NCBI GenBank assembly: GCA_040904565.1 | Contig: JBBDTI010000003.1 | Coordinates: forward strand, 1-47,993 | Direction of reading: 5' to 3' | Source: Rhodothermales bacterium | GTDB taxonomy: Bacteria; Bacteroidota; Rhodothermia; Rhodothermales; VXPQ01 | Length of the DNA stretch: 47,993 nucleotides | Shown: piece by piece, positions 17,560 to 26,826 of the stretch | Numbering within the stretch: the first letter of the stretch is position 1 | Layout of the letters: each line of letters starts with the position of its first letter | Notes under the pieces: model-generated | What the model was told of the DNA's origin: nothing | The model's input: only the letters and a program-made list of their open reading frames with translations | The model's database searches: none | Made by a program: the position numbers and the translations under genes

Positions 17560-19701
17560 TTACTCCGGCAGGGCGAAGGCCACGATGGATCCGCCCACGG
17601 GGCGATTCGTTTTTCCACCGCCGGCGGAGATGACGACGTACTGCTTGCCGTCAACCATGTACGTGCTCGGCGTGGCATTGCCGCCGAACGGCAGGTCGGC
17701 TTCCCAGAGGATCTCCCCGGTATCCTTATCGAAGGCGCGAAAGGTCTCGTCGGCCGTCGCACCGATGAAAAGGACCCCGCCGGCCGTGACGACCGGTCCG
17801 CCGTAGTTCTCCGTGCCGGTGACCGGTATGCCGCGCTCGGTCAGCTCGTCGTATTCACCGAGGGGCACCTTCCATTTTATCTCCCCGGTGTTCAGGTCGA
17901 CGGCATTCAGGGTGCCCCATGGGGGCTCGATGGCCGGATAGCCTTCGTCGTCGAGCCATCGCTGAAAGCCCCTGAAGGCATATCTCGGCTCATCATTCAC
18001 GGCGTGCGGGTCGCCGTCGTCACCCCCGGCGGCGGGCGCGGCCGCCGCTTCTCGTCCAAAAAGGTAGTTCACGATGGCGTCGAAGCGATCGTCACGCAGC
18101 TGTCCGAAGGCGGGCATGCGTCCGCCGCCCTGCGTCATAACGGCCCGGACGGCATCCTCGGTGAGGCGCTCGTCGACGTCCGCCAGCGAAGGAAAGCCGC
18201 CTTCGGGGCTACCTGAAAGGTCGAGCCCGTGGCAGGCGGCACACTGGATGCGATACTGCCGTTCACCCAAAGAGAGCGGCGCGTCGTCTTCGCCCGACGT
18301 CGGGATGAGCTGGTAAAACCAGGGCATTTCGTTGATGTTGACGTACAGGATACCGTCCGGGTCGGCCGCCGATCCGCCCCACTCCATCCCGCCGTCGTAT
18401 CCGGGGAATTTGATCTTCTGCTCCAGGCTGGGGGAGGGAAAGTTAACGCCGGTGCCCGACTGCGAGATCACGTCCGTCGTCATCAACCGGGCCTTCTCGG
18501 AAATGGTGGAGACGTCGTCCAGCGTGTATTCCTGCCGCATCAGCGGCTCGGGCTTCGTAGGGAACGGCTGGGTCGGCCACGTGTCCATATCCGGCAGCTC
18601 CGACTCCGGCGCGGGCCGCTCCTCGATCGGCCAGAGCGGTTCGCCGGTTACGCGGTCGAATACGTACAGGAGACCCATCTTGGTACCCTGGGCGACGGCA
18701 TCTACCATCTCTCCCTCATGCTCGACGGTCAGCAGTGTGGGCGGCGTCGGGTTATCCATGTCCCAGAGATCGTGGTGGACGAGTTGGTAGTGCCAGATGT
18801 GCTCGCCCGTAAGCGCGTCGATCGCGATGATAGAGTTGGCGAAGAGGTTCTCGCCGTACCGGTCGGCACCGTAGAAGTCGGGCCCCGCCGTTTCGGTCGA
18901 CGAATACACGATGCCGCGTGCCGTATCGATGGCGATGCCGGACCAGTCGGACGCCCCACCGGTGTGATCCAGATAGCCTTCCGGCCACGTCTCTGATCCG
19001 AGCTCTCCGGGTCGCGGCAGCGTGTGAAAGATCCACTCCCGCTCGCCGGTTCGCACGTCGAAGGCGCGGACGGCGCCGGGAACGTCCTCCGGCACATTTG
19101 AACCGATGATGATCATATCGTCGTAGACGTACCCCGGTGTCGAGAGTCCTATGTTAGGTCGGCCCTCGACGTCCATCTGATCCCCGAGATGAATCCACCC
19201 GCCCTCGCCGAACGAGGTGACGGGTTCGCCCGTTTCGGCGTCGATCGCATATAGCCAGGGGCGGCTTGCCGCGATGATCCGACGGTCGTCGCCGTCTTGC
19301 CAGTACATCACGCCTCGCCCGCGCCGATCGGGACCGTCGTCATTGTGATCGGCGGGATCGAACGTCCAGAGATGCTCTCCCGTCGCCGCGTCGAGTGCTA
19401 TGAACTTGCGCGTCGGCGTGGTCGCATACAGCACGCCGTCGACGATGAGATTGTTGGACTGATACTCGGCGCTGTCGCCCGTTTCGTACGTCCAGGCGAC
19501 CTCGAGCTGGTCGACGTTGTTCTTGTTGATCTGGTCGAGCGTCGAATACTGATTGCTGGACGGATGTCCGAGGTAATTCGCCCAGTTGGAGCCGGCGCCT
19601 ACGCCTTCCGGGCGTTCGGGACTGCAGGAGGCGAGCAGCAGGGCGAGCACGGCGGCAGCCGCAGAGACGGCGTGAACTTTCGGCATGGGGATCAGGCGCA
19701 T
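17560..19701 (-). CDS. PQQ-dependent dehydrogenase (quinoprotein glucose DH family) with an inserted cytochrome c domain, lipoprotein
   Basis: NQYSTLDQIN..NV..L..AW, WHYQLVHHDLWD, PPWGTLNAVDL and GGPVVTAGG; internal CAACH...MPAF; lipobox LLASC. Start is 19701 or 19686. Confidence 0.9.
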   Translation of the reverse strand: MRLIPMPKVHAVSAAAAVLALLLASCSPERPEGVGAGSNWANYLGHPSSNQYSTLDQINKNNVDQLEVAWTYETGDSAEYQSNNLIVDGVLYATTPTRKFIALDAATGEHLWTFDPADHNDDGPDRRGRGVMYWQDGDDRRIIAASRPWLYAIDAETGEPVTSFGEGGWIHLGDQMDVEGRPNIGLSTPGYVYDDMIIIGSNVPEDVPGAVRAFDVRTGEREWIFHTLPRPGELGSETWPEGYLDHTGGASDWSGIAIDTARGIVYSSTETAGPDFYGADRYGENLFANSIIAIDALTGEHIWHYQLVHHDLWDMDNPTPPTLLTVEHEGEMVDAVAQGTKMGLLYVFDRVTGEPLWPIEERPAPESELPDMDTWPTQPFPTKPEPLMRQEYTLDDVSTISEKARLMTTDVISQSGTGVNFPSPSLEQKIKFPGYDGGMEWGGSAADPDGILYVNINEMPWFYQLIPTSGEDDAPLSLGERQYRIQCAACHGLDLSGSPEGGFPSLADVDERLTEDAVRAVMTQGGGRMPAFGQLRDDRFDAIVNYLFGREAAAAPAAGGDDGDPHAVNDEPRYAFRGFQRWLDDEGYPAIEPPWGTLNAVDLNTGEIKWKVPLGEYDELTERGIPVTGTENYGGPVVTAGGVLFIGATADETFRAFDKDTGEILWEADLPFGGNATPSTYMVDGKQYVVISAGGGKTNRPVGGSIVAFALPE

Positions 19702-19880
19702 CGTTATCAATCCATTGTGGAGTGTCGGTCGCGTGCCAATATAGGTGCTTCCGCGGGTTTGTATCCACTGTCGACGATAACCGGGTGGGGAGATCGAGAC
19801 CCGTCGGTGGATCAATGGCGTCCTCCGACGCATTATTGAGATTCTACCACGCCGTGCCCACCAGGCCGTATTCCCTATTG

Positions 19881-21800
19881 GTGTCCGAACACGTGACCGA
19901 CGACCTATCTGAAGCAGGACTCCAGGGCCGGACGACGAGGGAGGGAGCTGCGTACCGGGTGGTTTCGGTGCGGCTGCGCGCCCGCCTGCATCGCCGCGTT
20001 GACCGACTCGAGGGCCGGAGCCGGTCGATTTCGTACGCGCGGCTGGCCGTCGTAGTCGTAGGAGCCGTCGCCGCCTTCGCGCTCTTTCGATCCGGCGCGC
20101 TGAACGCGGGCACGCTCGCCGTGGTCGGATTCGGGGCGGCGTTCATGGTGCTCGTCAGGCTGCACGACCGGGTGGAGGGGGGCCTTCGCGAGACGCACCG
20201 GCTGCTGCGCATTAAGGAGCGCCACGCATGCCGCCGGAATCTGGACTGGAACGGTCTGCCGGAGGTTGACATCCACGCGCGCGATCTCGACGATCCGTTC
20301 GCCGTCGACCTCAATATCGTCGGACACCGGTCCATCCACCATCTCATCGATGCTTCAACGACGAGAGGTGGGAGTGCCGAATTGCTCCGCTGGCTCACCG
20401 ATCGGCGACCGACCCCCGAACGCGTCACGCGGCGCCAGGAGATCGTTCGCCAGCTCGTGCCGCTCGGACTCTTTCGCGACCACCTCGCCCGCGTGTCGAT
20501 GACCCATTCGGGCAGGGACGCCGGCCGATGGGACGACCGCGCCCTGCGCGCCTGGCTCGGCCGGGAGGAGGTCGCACCGCGGCTGAAGCCGTGGCTGGTC
20601 GGACTGACGACGTTCGCCGCGGTGAACGTGGGGCTCATCCTTGGACACGTCCTGGGATGGCTCCCGATGCTCTGGCCGGTGACCGTGCTGACCTACTTTG
20701 CCGTGTATTTCATGAAGCACAGATCGGTCGACGAGGTCTTTCACGAGGCGCAGGACCTCGACATGACGCTCGATCGGTTTCGGCCGGCCTTGCTGTACCT
20801 CGAGCACTTTCGATTTCGTGCAGGGTCGACGGCCGATGAGGTTACGGCACCGCTTCGCCGCTCGAGACCTTCCATCAAACTAACGTCGCTGCGGCGGATC
20901 GCTGCCTTCTCCGCCGTCACGAGAAACGAGCTCTTATGGCTCGTTTGCAATCTGTTGCTGCCGTGGGACATGCTCTTTACGTACCTGATGCATCGATTGA
21001 AGCGGGGGCTGAGGGAAGATCTGCCGGAGTGGCTCGACGTCTGGTATCGGATCGAGGCTGCCTCGTCGCTGGCCGGCTACGCCGATCACCATCCCCAACG
21101 TTCGTTTCCGGATATCGTATCCGGCGACGGCGGCGCAGTATTCGATGGACGCGGCCTCGGCCATCCGCTGCTGCACGAAGACGAAAAGGTTAGAAACGAT
21201 TTTGCGGTCGATCGGCTCGGTCAGGTCATCCTCATCACCGGCTCGAACATGTCGGGCAAGAGCACCTTCCTGCGCACCGTCGGCGCGAACCTGCGGCTCG
21301 CCTATGCCGGCGGTCCGGTAGACGCGGATGGGCTCAGAACCACGTGTTTTCGCGTCTACACGAGCATCAACGTCGTCGATTCCGTGCAGGAGGGTCTCTC
21401 GCACTTCTACGCGGAGGTGCGACGTCTGAAAGAACTGCTCGAAGCACTCGAGGAAGAGGGACCCCAGCTCAACCTCATCGATGAGATCTTCCGCGGTACG
21501 AACAATCGTGAACGTCTGATCGGTAGTCGATCGTTCGTTCAAGCGCTGGCCGGACGGCGGGCGGTCAGTTTCATTTCGACGCACGACCTGGAACTGACGC
21601 AGATGGAGGGCGAGGTGCCGGAGCTCTCCAATTTCCACTTTCGGGAGGATGTCAGTGGGGACCGGATGACGTTCGACTACACGGTACGTCCCGGGCCGTG
21701 CCCGACCACCAACGCGCTCAAGATCATGGCGCGGGCCGGACTGCCGGTGGATGCGTCATATGATGAGGCCATTGACGATCGAAATGATGGTACCGAATAG
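19881..21800 (+). CDS. Membrane-anchored MutS-related ATPase (MutS domain V)
   Basis: GHPLL, TGSNMSGKST Walker A, SHFYAEV, IDEIFRGTN and STHD; N-terminal transmembrane hairpins and no mismatch-binding domain. Start uncertain. Confidence 0.88.
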   Translation: MSEHVTDDLSEAGLQGRTTREGAAYRVVSVRLRARLHRRVDRLEGRSRSISYARLAVVVVGAVAAFALFRSGALNAGTLAVVGFGAAFMVLVRLHDRVEGGLRETHRLLRIKERHACRRNLDWNGLPEVDIHARDLDDPFAVDLNIVGHRSIHHLIDASTTRGGSAELLRWLTDRRPTPERVTRRQEIVRQLVPLGLFRDHLARVSMTHSGRDAGRWDDRALRAWLGREEVAPRLKPWLVGLTTFAAVNVGLILGHVLGWLPMLWPVTVLTYFAVYFMKHRSVDEVFHEAQDLDMTLDRFRPALLYLEHFRFRAGSTADEVTAPLRRSRPSIKLTSLRRIAAFSAVTRNELLWLVCNLLLPWDMLFTYLMHRLKRGLREDLPEWLDVWYRIEAASSLAGYADHHPQRSFPDIVSGDGGAVFDGRGLGHPLLHEDEKVRNDFAVDRLGQVILITGSNMSGKSTFLRTVGANLRLAYAGGPVDADGLRTTCFRVYTSINVVDSVQEGLSHFYAEVRRLKELLEALEEEGPQLNLIDEIFRGTNNRERLIGSRSFVQALAGRRAVSFISTHDLELTQMEGEVPELSNFHFREDVSGDRMTFDYTVRPGPCPTTNALKIMARAGLPVDASYDEAIDDRNDGTE

Positions 21801-21968
21801 CGTCACGATCGCCACCATCCGCCAGGTGAGGTCGGCCTTCATCTCCACCACATCCTGCTTCGTTGCGAGCCGGCTCTCCATGTCCGCCAGAATGTGGGAG
21901 AGGGTTTCTGATTGTGCCGCGTTCATCCCGGATCGACCCAGATAGTCCTTTATCAGTTCTCGATCCAT
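21756..21968 (-). CDS. Small DUF1640/CCDC90-like coiled-coil membrane protein
   Basis: L..SGM..AQSE.L...LATKQDV.EMKADLTWRM followed by a C-terminal hydrophobic helix. Confidence 0.65.
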   Translation of the reverse strand: MDRELIKDYLGRSGMNAAQSETLSHILADMESRLATKQDVVEMKADLTWRMVAIVTLFGTIISIVNGLII

Positions 21969-22069
21969 TGAACGACGGGGATAGAAGTCAGGTTCACGGT
22001 GCAGCTACCCTATAGACACCCTAAGGACGCAGACATAACCCAGGGATACGTCCGAGGCTATGGAATAGC

Positions 22070-23227
22070 CTATCCGTCCGGGAACAGCGACCGGTCGAGC
22101 CCCGGGATGATCTCCAGCGCATTTTCGTAGTAGATCTTCCGCAGCACCTCGTCGGGAAGGTCCATCCCGTACATCCGCCAGAAGGCGTGACGCAGTCGAT
22201 AGTAGGGGAAGTATTCGTCGGCCGTCTCGAAGATGCGAAAGTAGACGTGATACTCCTCTGGTGCGAAGGAGTCCTTCCCCATCAGGATGCGGTCCTGATA
22301 GTCGATGAAGAACCCGCGGCCCGTGCGGGGCTGCCGGCCGATCTCCCCGATGACGGCACCCAGCTCCGTATACATGTTCGGCAGCTCGTCGAGCAGGTCG
22401 CCGAGGCGCCCCAGGTCGTTGCCCAGCCAGCTCAGGTGTGCGCTGATGAAGGTCGTGTTGGGATGCTGCCGGATCAGGTTCCAGTGTTCACCCATAATGG
22501 TCTCCCAGGACGGTTCGGGCGGGCGCTTGCGGCCCGGGCGCTGCTTGAGCTCGAACCAGCGTTCGTTGAACCGGTCCCGCGGCTCCCAGAAGGGTGCCGG
22601 GTCGCCCGTATGGATGAGAACGGGGATACCCAGCTCACCGGCCTTCTCCCAGATCGGTGCCAGATGGGGATCGTCCGTCTCGACCCGCGAGCCGTCCTCA
22701 TAGAAGACGCTCATCCCCAGGTTCTTGAAGATCTTCAGTCCCTTTGCGCCGTTCTCCACGTCGCGCTCGAGCTGGGCGGCGGCCTTCTCACCGAAGTCCG
22801 GGTTGTCGACGGCGTCGAAGTCGACGTTCGCATAGTGCAAGAATCGGCCGGGTGCGTGCCGCGACGTGTTCTCGATCTTCTGACGCAGTTCGTCCCCGCT
22901 GCCCCCGCTGAGGTTGACCATCACGGCCATGTTCATGGCGTCCATCTCCGCCACGAGCGCGTCGACCTCCGCTTCGCTCGCGTCGCCGATTCTCCATTGA
23001 TGCGCGTGTGCATCCACAAAAGGATATTTGGCGCTGGTGACGGGATTTTCATCGACGACGAGCGTCGACCGAGGCTCGTAGTCTTCCCACTGCATTTCCT
23101 GGGCCGAGAGCGAGACCGGGACGAGCACGAACGTCGCGGCGAAGAGGAACCCGACGGCAAGGGCGCGTGCGAGAAAGGACGGGGCGCGAAATGCCCCGTC
23201 GTTTAACAGAGAAGACCAGTCAGACAT
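22070..23227 (-). CDS. Amidohydrolase_2 family metallohydrolase, probably exported
   Basis: DAHAH, GAKGLK, PVLIHTGD, ISAH, RILMGKD and KIYYENA; hydrophobic N-terminus ending LSA-Q. Confidence 0.88.
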   Translation of the reverse strand: MSDWSSLLNDGAFRAPSFLARALAVGFLFAATFVLVPVSLSAQEMQWEDYEPRSTLVVDENPVTSAKYPFVDAHAHQWRIGDASEAEVDALVAEMDAMNMAVMVNLSGGSGDELRQKIENTSRHAPGRFLHYANVDFDAVDNPDFGEKAAAQLERDVENGAKGLKIFKNLGMSVFYEDGSRVETDDPHLAPIWEKAGELGIPVLIHTGDPAPFWEPRDRFNERWFELKQRPGRKRPPEPSWETIMGEHWNLIRQHPNTTFISAHLSWLGNDLGRLGDLLDELPNMYTELGAVIGEIGRQPRTGRGFFIDYQDRILMGKDSFAPEEYHVYFRIFETADEYFPYYRLRHAFWRMYGMDLPDEVLRKIYYENALEIIPGLDRSLFPDG

Positions 23228-23481
23228 GGGATGTGCGATGCATCTAATCCAGGGACATCTGAAGATACTGGAGAGTTTACTCCCGCGCACGGTTCTTGGA
23301 CTCGCGGGAAGATTGCAATTGCGAAGGCCCGCCGAGGTCGGCCTGCACCTCGATCCGCATGGTTGGACGGAATCACGGACGGTCGCCGCGATCGCATGAC
23401 GTGAGCAAAAGGATTCCTTATCATGAGTCCGGAGCCGGTAAGCAGATCAGTAAGAGTGATGTCATGCAGACGGGACAGAGG

Positions 23482-25542
23482 ATGATGGACGAACGACGGC
23501 GTATTGTATCGCACAAGAGATCGAAGCAGTCAGCGGGCGGCGAACATGCGGCCGAGAGGGAGGGGATCCTCAGGCGCGGCCTGCCGGGTCGTTGGTTTCG
23601 CGTGCTGTCGGTCATTCTGACCACCCTCCTGGTACAGGGGTGCGACGTCCAGGACGACGCCGCTCCGCTGGAGGGCGAGCTTCCGAACATCGTGTGGATC
23701 ACGGGGGACGATCTGAGTCCGAATCTGGGGGCGTACGGCGACGAATTCGCCACGACACCGAATCTGGACCGGCTGGCTGAGGAGGGCGTCCGCTATACGA
23801 ATGCGTTCGCCACGGCGCCCGTTTGCTCGCCCGCGCGCTTCACCCTCATCACGGGCATCTACGCGACGTCCGCCGGCACGCAGGGGCTTCGCGCCCATGC
23901 GCCTATTCCGGACGACATCCACGGATTTCCGTCTTTCATGCGGGAGGTCGGCTACTACGCCACGAACAACGTAAAGACTGATTACAACACGGCCGACGAG
24001 CAGCGGCTGATCGATGAATCGTGGGACGAGAGCAGCGCCACGGCCCACTGGCGCGGTCGCGACGAGGGGCAGCCGTTCTTCAGCGTGTTCAACCTGATGC
24101 ACACGCACCAGAGCCGCATTTCCTTCCTGGACACGGAATTTGAGGAGCTCGAGGGCTTTCTCGGCCGGCACGACCCGGAGGAGGCACCCCTTCCGCCGTA
24201 TTACCCGGACGAATCGGAGATCCGGCAGACCGTCGCGCGCTATTACGACGCCGTCGAGGCCATGGACGCCCGCGCAGGCGAGATCCTGGCGCAACTGGAA
24301 GAGGACGGGGTCGCCGAGAATACGATCGTGATGTTCTACGGAGACCACGGCCGCGGACTCCCGCGCGGTAAGCGGGTCCTTTATGATTCGGGTCTGCGCG
24401 TGCCGTTTATCGCCTATTTCCCCGAACGATGGGAGCATCTGGCGCCGGCGGAGGCGGGATCCGTGACGGACCGGCTGGTCAGCTTCGTCGATTTCCCCTC
24501 CACGACGCTCAGTATGATCGGTCTCGACGTGCCGGACTACATGCAGGGGCAGGTCTTCCTCGGGCCGGATAGGGACGCACCTCGCGATCGCGTGTATGGC
24601 GCCCGCGATCGTGTCGACGAGGCGTACGACAAGGCGCGCTCCGTACGGGACGACCGATATCTGTATATTCGCAACTATAACCCGCATCGGTCCTGGAACC
24701 AGCCCGAGTATTTCTCGGATCAGGCGCCGATCCGCCAGGCCATCACTCAGCGGGCCGAAGCGGGCAATCTGAACGAAGACCAGCTGACCTACGCCGGCCC
24801 GTCGAAGCCGCACGAGGAGCTCTTCGACGTCGTCGCAGACCCGCATCAGCTCGATAATCTGGCCGGTTCGGAGGAGCATCAGGACGTACTGGCTCGGATG
24901 CGTGAGGCGCTCCACGACTGGCAGCTCGAGACGCACGACATCGGCTTCATGCCCGAAGGTCTGGCGATGCGGCTCAGCGAAGAACTCGGCCGGACGCCCC
25001 TCGAGTTTGCGGACGACGACGAGGTGTACCCGATCGAGCGCGTCCTGGAGACGGCCTCCCTGGTCGGCGAGTCCGGCACGGTGCCGGAGCTGACGGCGCG
25101 GATCGACGATCCGAACGCCGTCGTGCGGTACTGGGCCGCGGTCGGGCTCGACGCCGCCGATGCAACCTCGTCCGAGGCGATGTCCGCATTGCAGAACGCG
25201 CTCGCTGACGACGTACCGGAAGTTCGCATCGCTGCCGCGGGAGCGCTGGTCGACGTGAATGAGTCCGCGGAAGGACTCGACGTGCTGGCCGAGGCGCTGC
25301 GTTCCGACGACGCGAACGTCGTGCTCATGGCCTCTCGTACGCTGCAGCTGCTCGGTCCGAAGGCGGAGCCCGTGCATCCGGTAATGGAGGAGACACTGGC
25401 GCAGGCGCAGGACGATTCCGTTTACGGCATCAATGCCCTCTTCATCCGCTTTGCCCTCTCGCCCGTTCTGCGGCCCGAACGTGGTCCGACCGAGGTGATC
25501 GAGGGCCCGGGACGTGACATGGCTCCCGGAGACGAGGGATGA
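23482..25542 (+). CDS. Formylglycine-type sulfatase with C-terminal HEAT/PBS repeats (probable lipoprotein)
   Basis: PNIVWITGDD, CSPAR and GDHG..LPRGK; C-terminal VVRYWAAVGL / EVRIAAAGAL repeats; LVQGC lipobox. Start uncertain. Confidence 0.88.
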   Translation: MMDERRRIVSHKRSKQSAGGEHAAEREGILRRGLPGRWFRVLSVILTTLLVQGCDVQDDAAPLEGELPNIVWITGDDLSPNLGAYGDEFATTPNLDRLAEEGVRYTNAFATAPVCSPARFTLITGIYATSAGTQGLRAHAPIPDDIHGFPSFMREVGYYATNNVKTDYNTADEQRLIDESWDESSATAHWRGRDEGQPFFSVFNLMHTHQSRISFLDTEFEELEGFLGRHDPEEAPLPPYYPDESEIRQTVARYYDAVEAMDARAGEILAQLEEDGVAENTIVMFYGDHGRGLPRGKRVLYDSGLRVPFIAYFPERWEHLAPAEAGSVTDRLVSFVDFPSTTLSMIGLDVPDYMQGQVFLGPDRDAPRDRVYGARDRVDEAYDKARSVRDDRYLYIRNYNPHRSWNQPEYFSDQAPIRQAITQRAEAGNLNEDQLTYAGPSKPHEELFDVVADPHQLDNLAGSEEHQDVLARMREALHDWQLETHDIGFMPEGLAMRLSEELGRTPLEFADDDEVYPIERVLETASLVGESGTVPELTARIDDPNAVVRYWAAVGLDAADATSSEAMSALQNALADDVPEVRIAAAGALVDVNESAEGLDVLAEALRSDDANVVLMASRTLQLLGPKAEPVHPVMEETLAQAQDDSVYGINALFIRFALSPVLRPERGPTEVIEGPGRDMAPGDEG

Positions 25543-25574
25543 AAACGATGCTTACAACGGCCCTCGCTGCGGGG

Positions 25575-26717
25575 TCAATACAGGATCACGAATCCTCCGG
25601 CAGCATCCGCGTACGCCGTCGGCAGGCTCCACACCGGAACGTCCGGCGCGATCCCCGTCACGTCGGTGGGTCGTCCGTCGGCATCGATCAGGTGCCAGGC
25701 CAGCGAGCCGGCTTTATTCCACCCCATTCCCTCCGTCCACGCCACGAGCGTTTCGTTGCGACGATTACCCACGGCTACGGGGTGCTTACGCTGACCGGAC
25801 GCACCGGGCACGGCTTCAGAATTTACCGGAACGTCGAGGCGGGCGACGTAAATCTGTCCGTCGTTCTCCCACACTCCGAGCATGCGCTCTCCGGACTGTC
25901 GGATGGAGGCAGTGGACATGGGGCAGGCTTCGAGCTCCCATTCGTCGAGGCGCGCTCCGCGCGGCTTGACCTCGCCGGGCGGTACCGTCAAGAGCTGCAT
26001 GCCCCGGTGGATGCCGTCTTCGGCAGCGCGGTACAACAGGTATAACGTTCCGTCGCGATCCGCATACGCCCGCATGCCGCAGCATCCGCACGCGCCGGTG
26101 GGCTCTTCGAATGCCGGCGTCTCGCGTTCGAACGTGGCTCCATCGTCGTCCGACCGTGCAACCCAGACGCGTCGTCCAGCCTCACCTTCCGCGTCGCCAC
26201 GACCGTGCCAGGCGACGTATACGGTGCCCGACCGATCGGCCGCGACACTCCCGCCGCCGTCGAGTCCGTCTGCAAACGTCAAGACGTTTCTCTGCGGTTC
26301 AAATGCTACGCCCATTTCGTCACTCCGCGTATACAGCATCGGCGTCGCGCCGTCCGGGCCGCGCGGTATGGCTTTTTGCGAGCCCATCCAGGCGACGTGG
26401 ACGCGCCCTTCTCGTCCAATTGCTAGATGTGCGCCGCGCACCGTGCCCAGGGCGACCGCACTGCCGGGCTCGCTGTTGACGCGGAGAGGAGTCGACCACT
26501 CTTCGGAGCTCGTTTGGCGGCGTACGTAAAAGATGTCGCCTGCGGCCGGGTCCCCTTTGTAGTATACGAGATGCACTGTATCGTCGTCCACCAGGGCCTG
26601 TGGCTGGATGCCGCCGTGAGGGACGCGTTCGAGGACGACCTGCGTGTCGGTACGGTCTCCGCAGCCGATGAGTACGATCAGAAGGAGGACGCTTCGGAGG
26701 GACTTCAGTGTGTGCAT
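25575..26717 (-). CDS. BNR/Asp-box (sialidase-like) beta-propeller lipoprotein
   Basis: Lipobox LIGC, Asp-boxes YTRSDE.G.AF and ARSDDDGATF, and CGCC and W...ACP cysteine motifs. Confidence 0.8.
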   Translation of the reverse strand: MHTLKSLRSVLLLIVLIGCGDRTDTQVVLERVPHGGIQPQALVDDDTVHLVYYKGDPAAGDIFYVRRQTSSEEWSTPLRVNSEPGSAVALGTVRGAHLAIGREGRVHVAWMGSQKAIPRGPDGATPMLYTRSDEMGVAFEPQRNVLTFADGLDGGGSVAADRSGTVYVAWHGRGDAEGEAGRRVWVARSDDDGATFERETPAFEEPTGACGCCGMRAYADRDGTLYLLYRAAEDGIHRGMQLLTVPPGEVKPRGARLDEWELEACPMSTASIRQSGERMLGVWENDGQIYVARLDVPVNSEAVPGASGQRKHPVAVGNRRNETLVAWTEGMGWNKAGSLAWHLIDADGRPTDVTGIAPDVPVWSLPTAYADAAGGFVILY

Positions 26718-26826
26718 GGGGCGGTTCGAGTTGAAAGATGAGCGCCTGTGCGACCGGTCCGATACGAGAAATTCGTAATCAAGAAGCACGTACGGGTTAG
26801 ACATCGGATTCTCTCGTGAGCTCACG

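Noticed and set aside
23530-25377. Long antisense ORFs (also 6221-6988, 10109-11314, 15498-16919, 32212-33678, 43304-44374)
   Set aside because: They are shadows of well-supported genes, as expected from high GC3 codon bias, and carry no motifs of their own.
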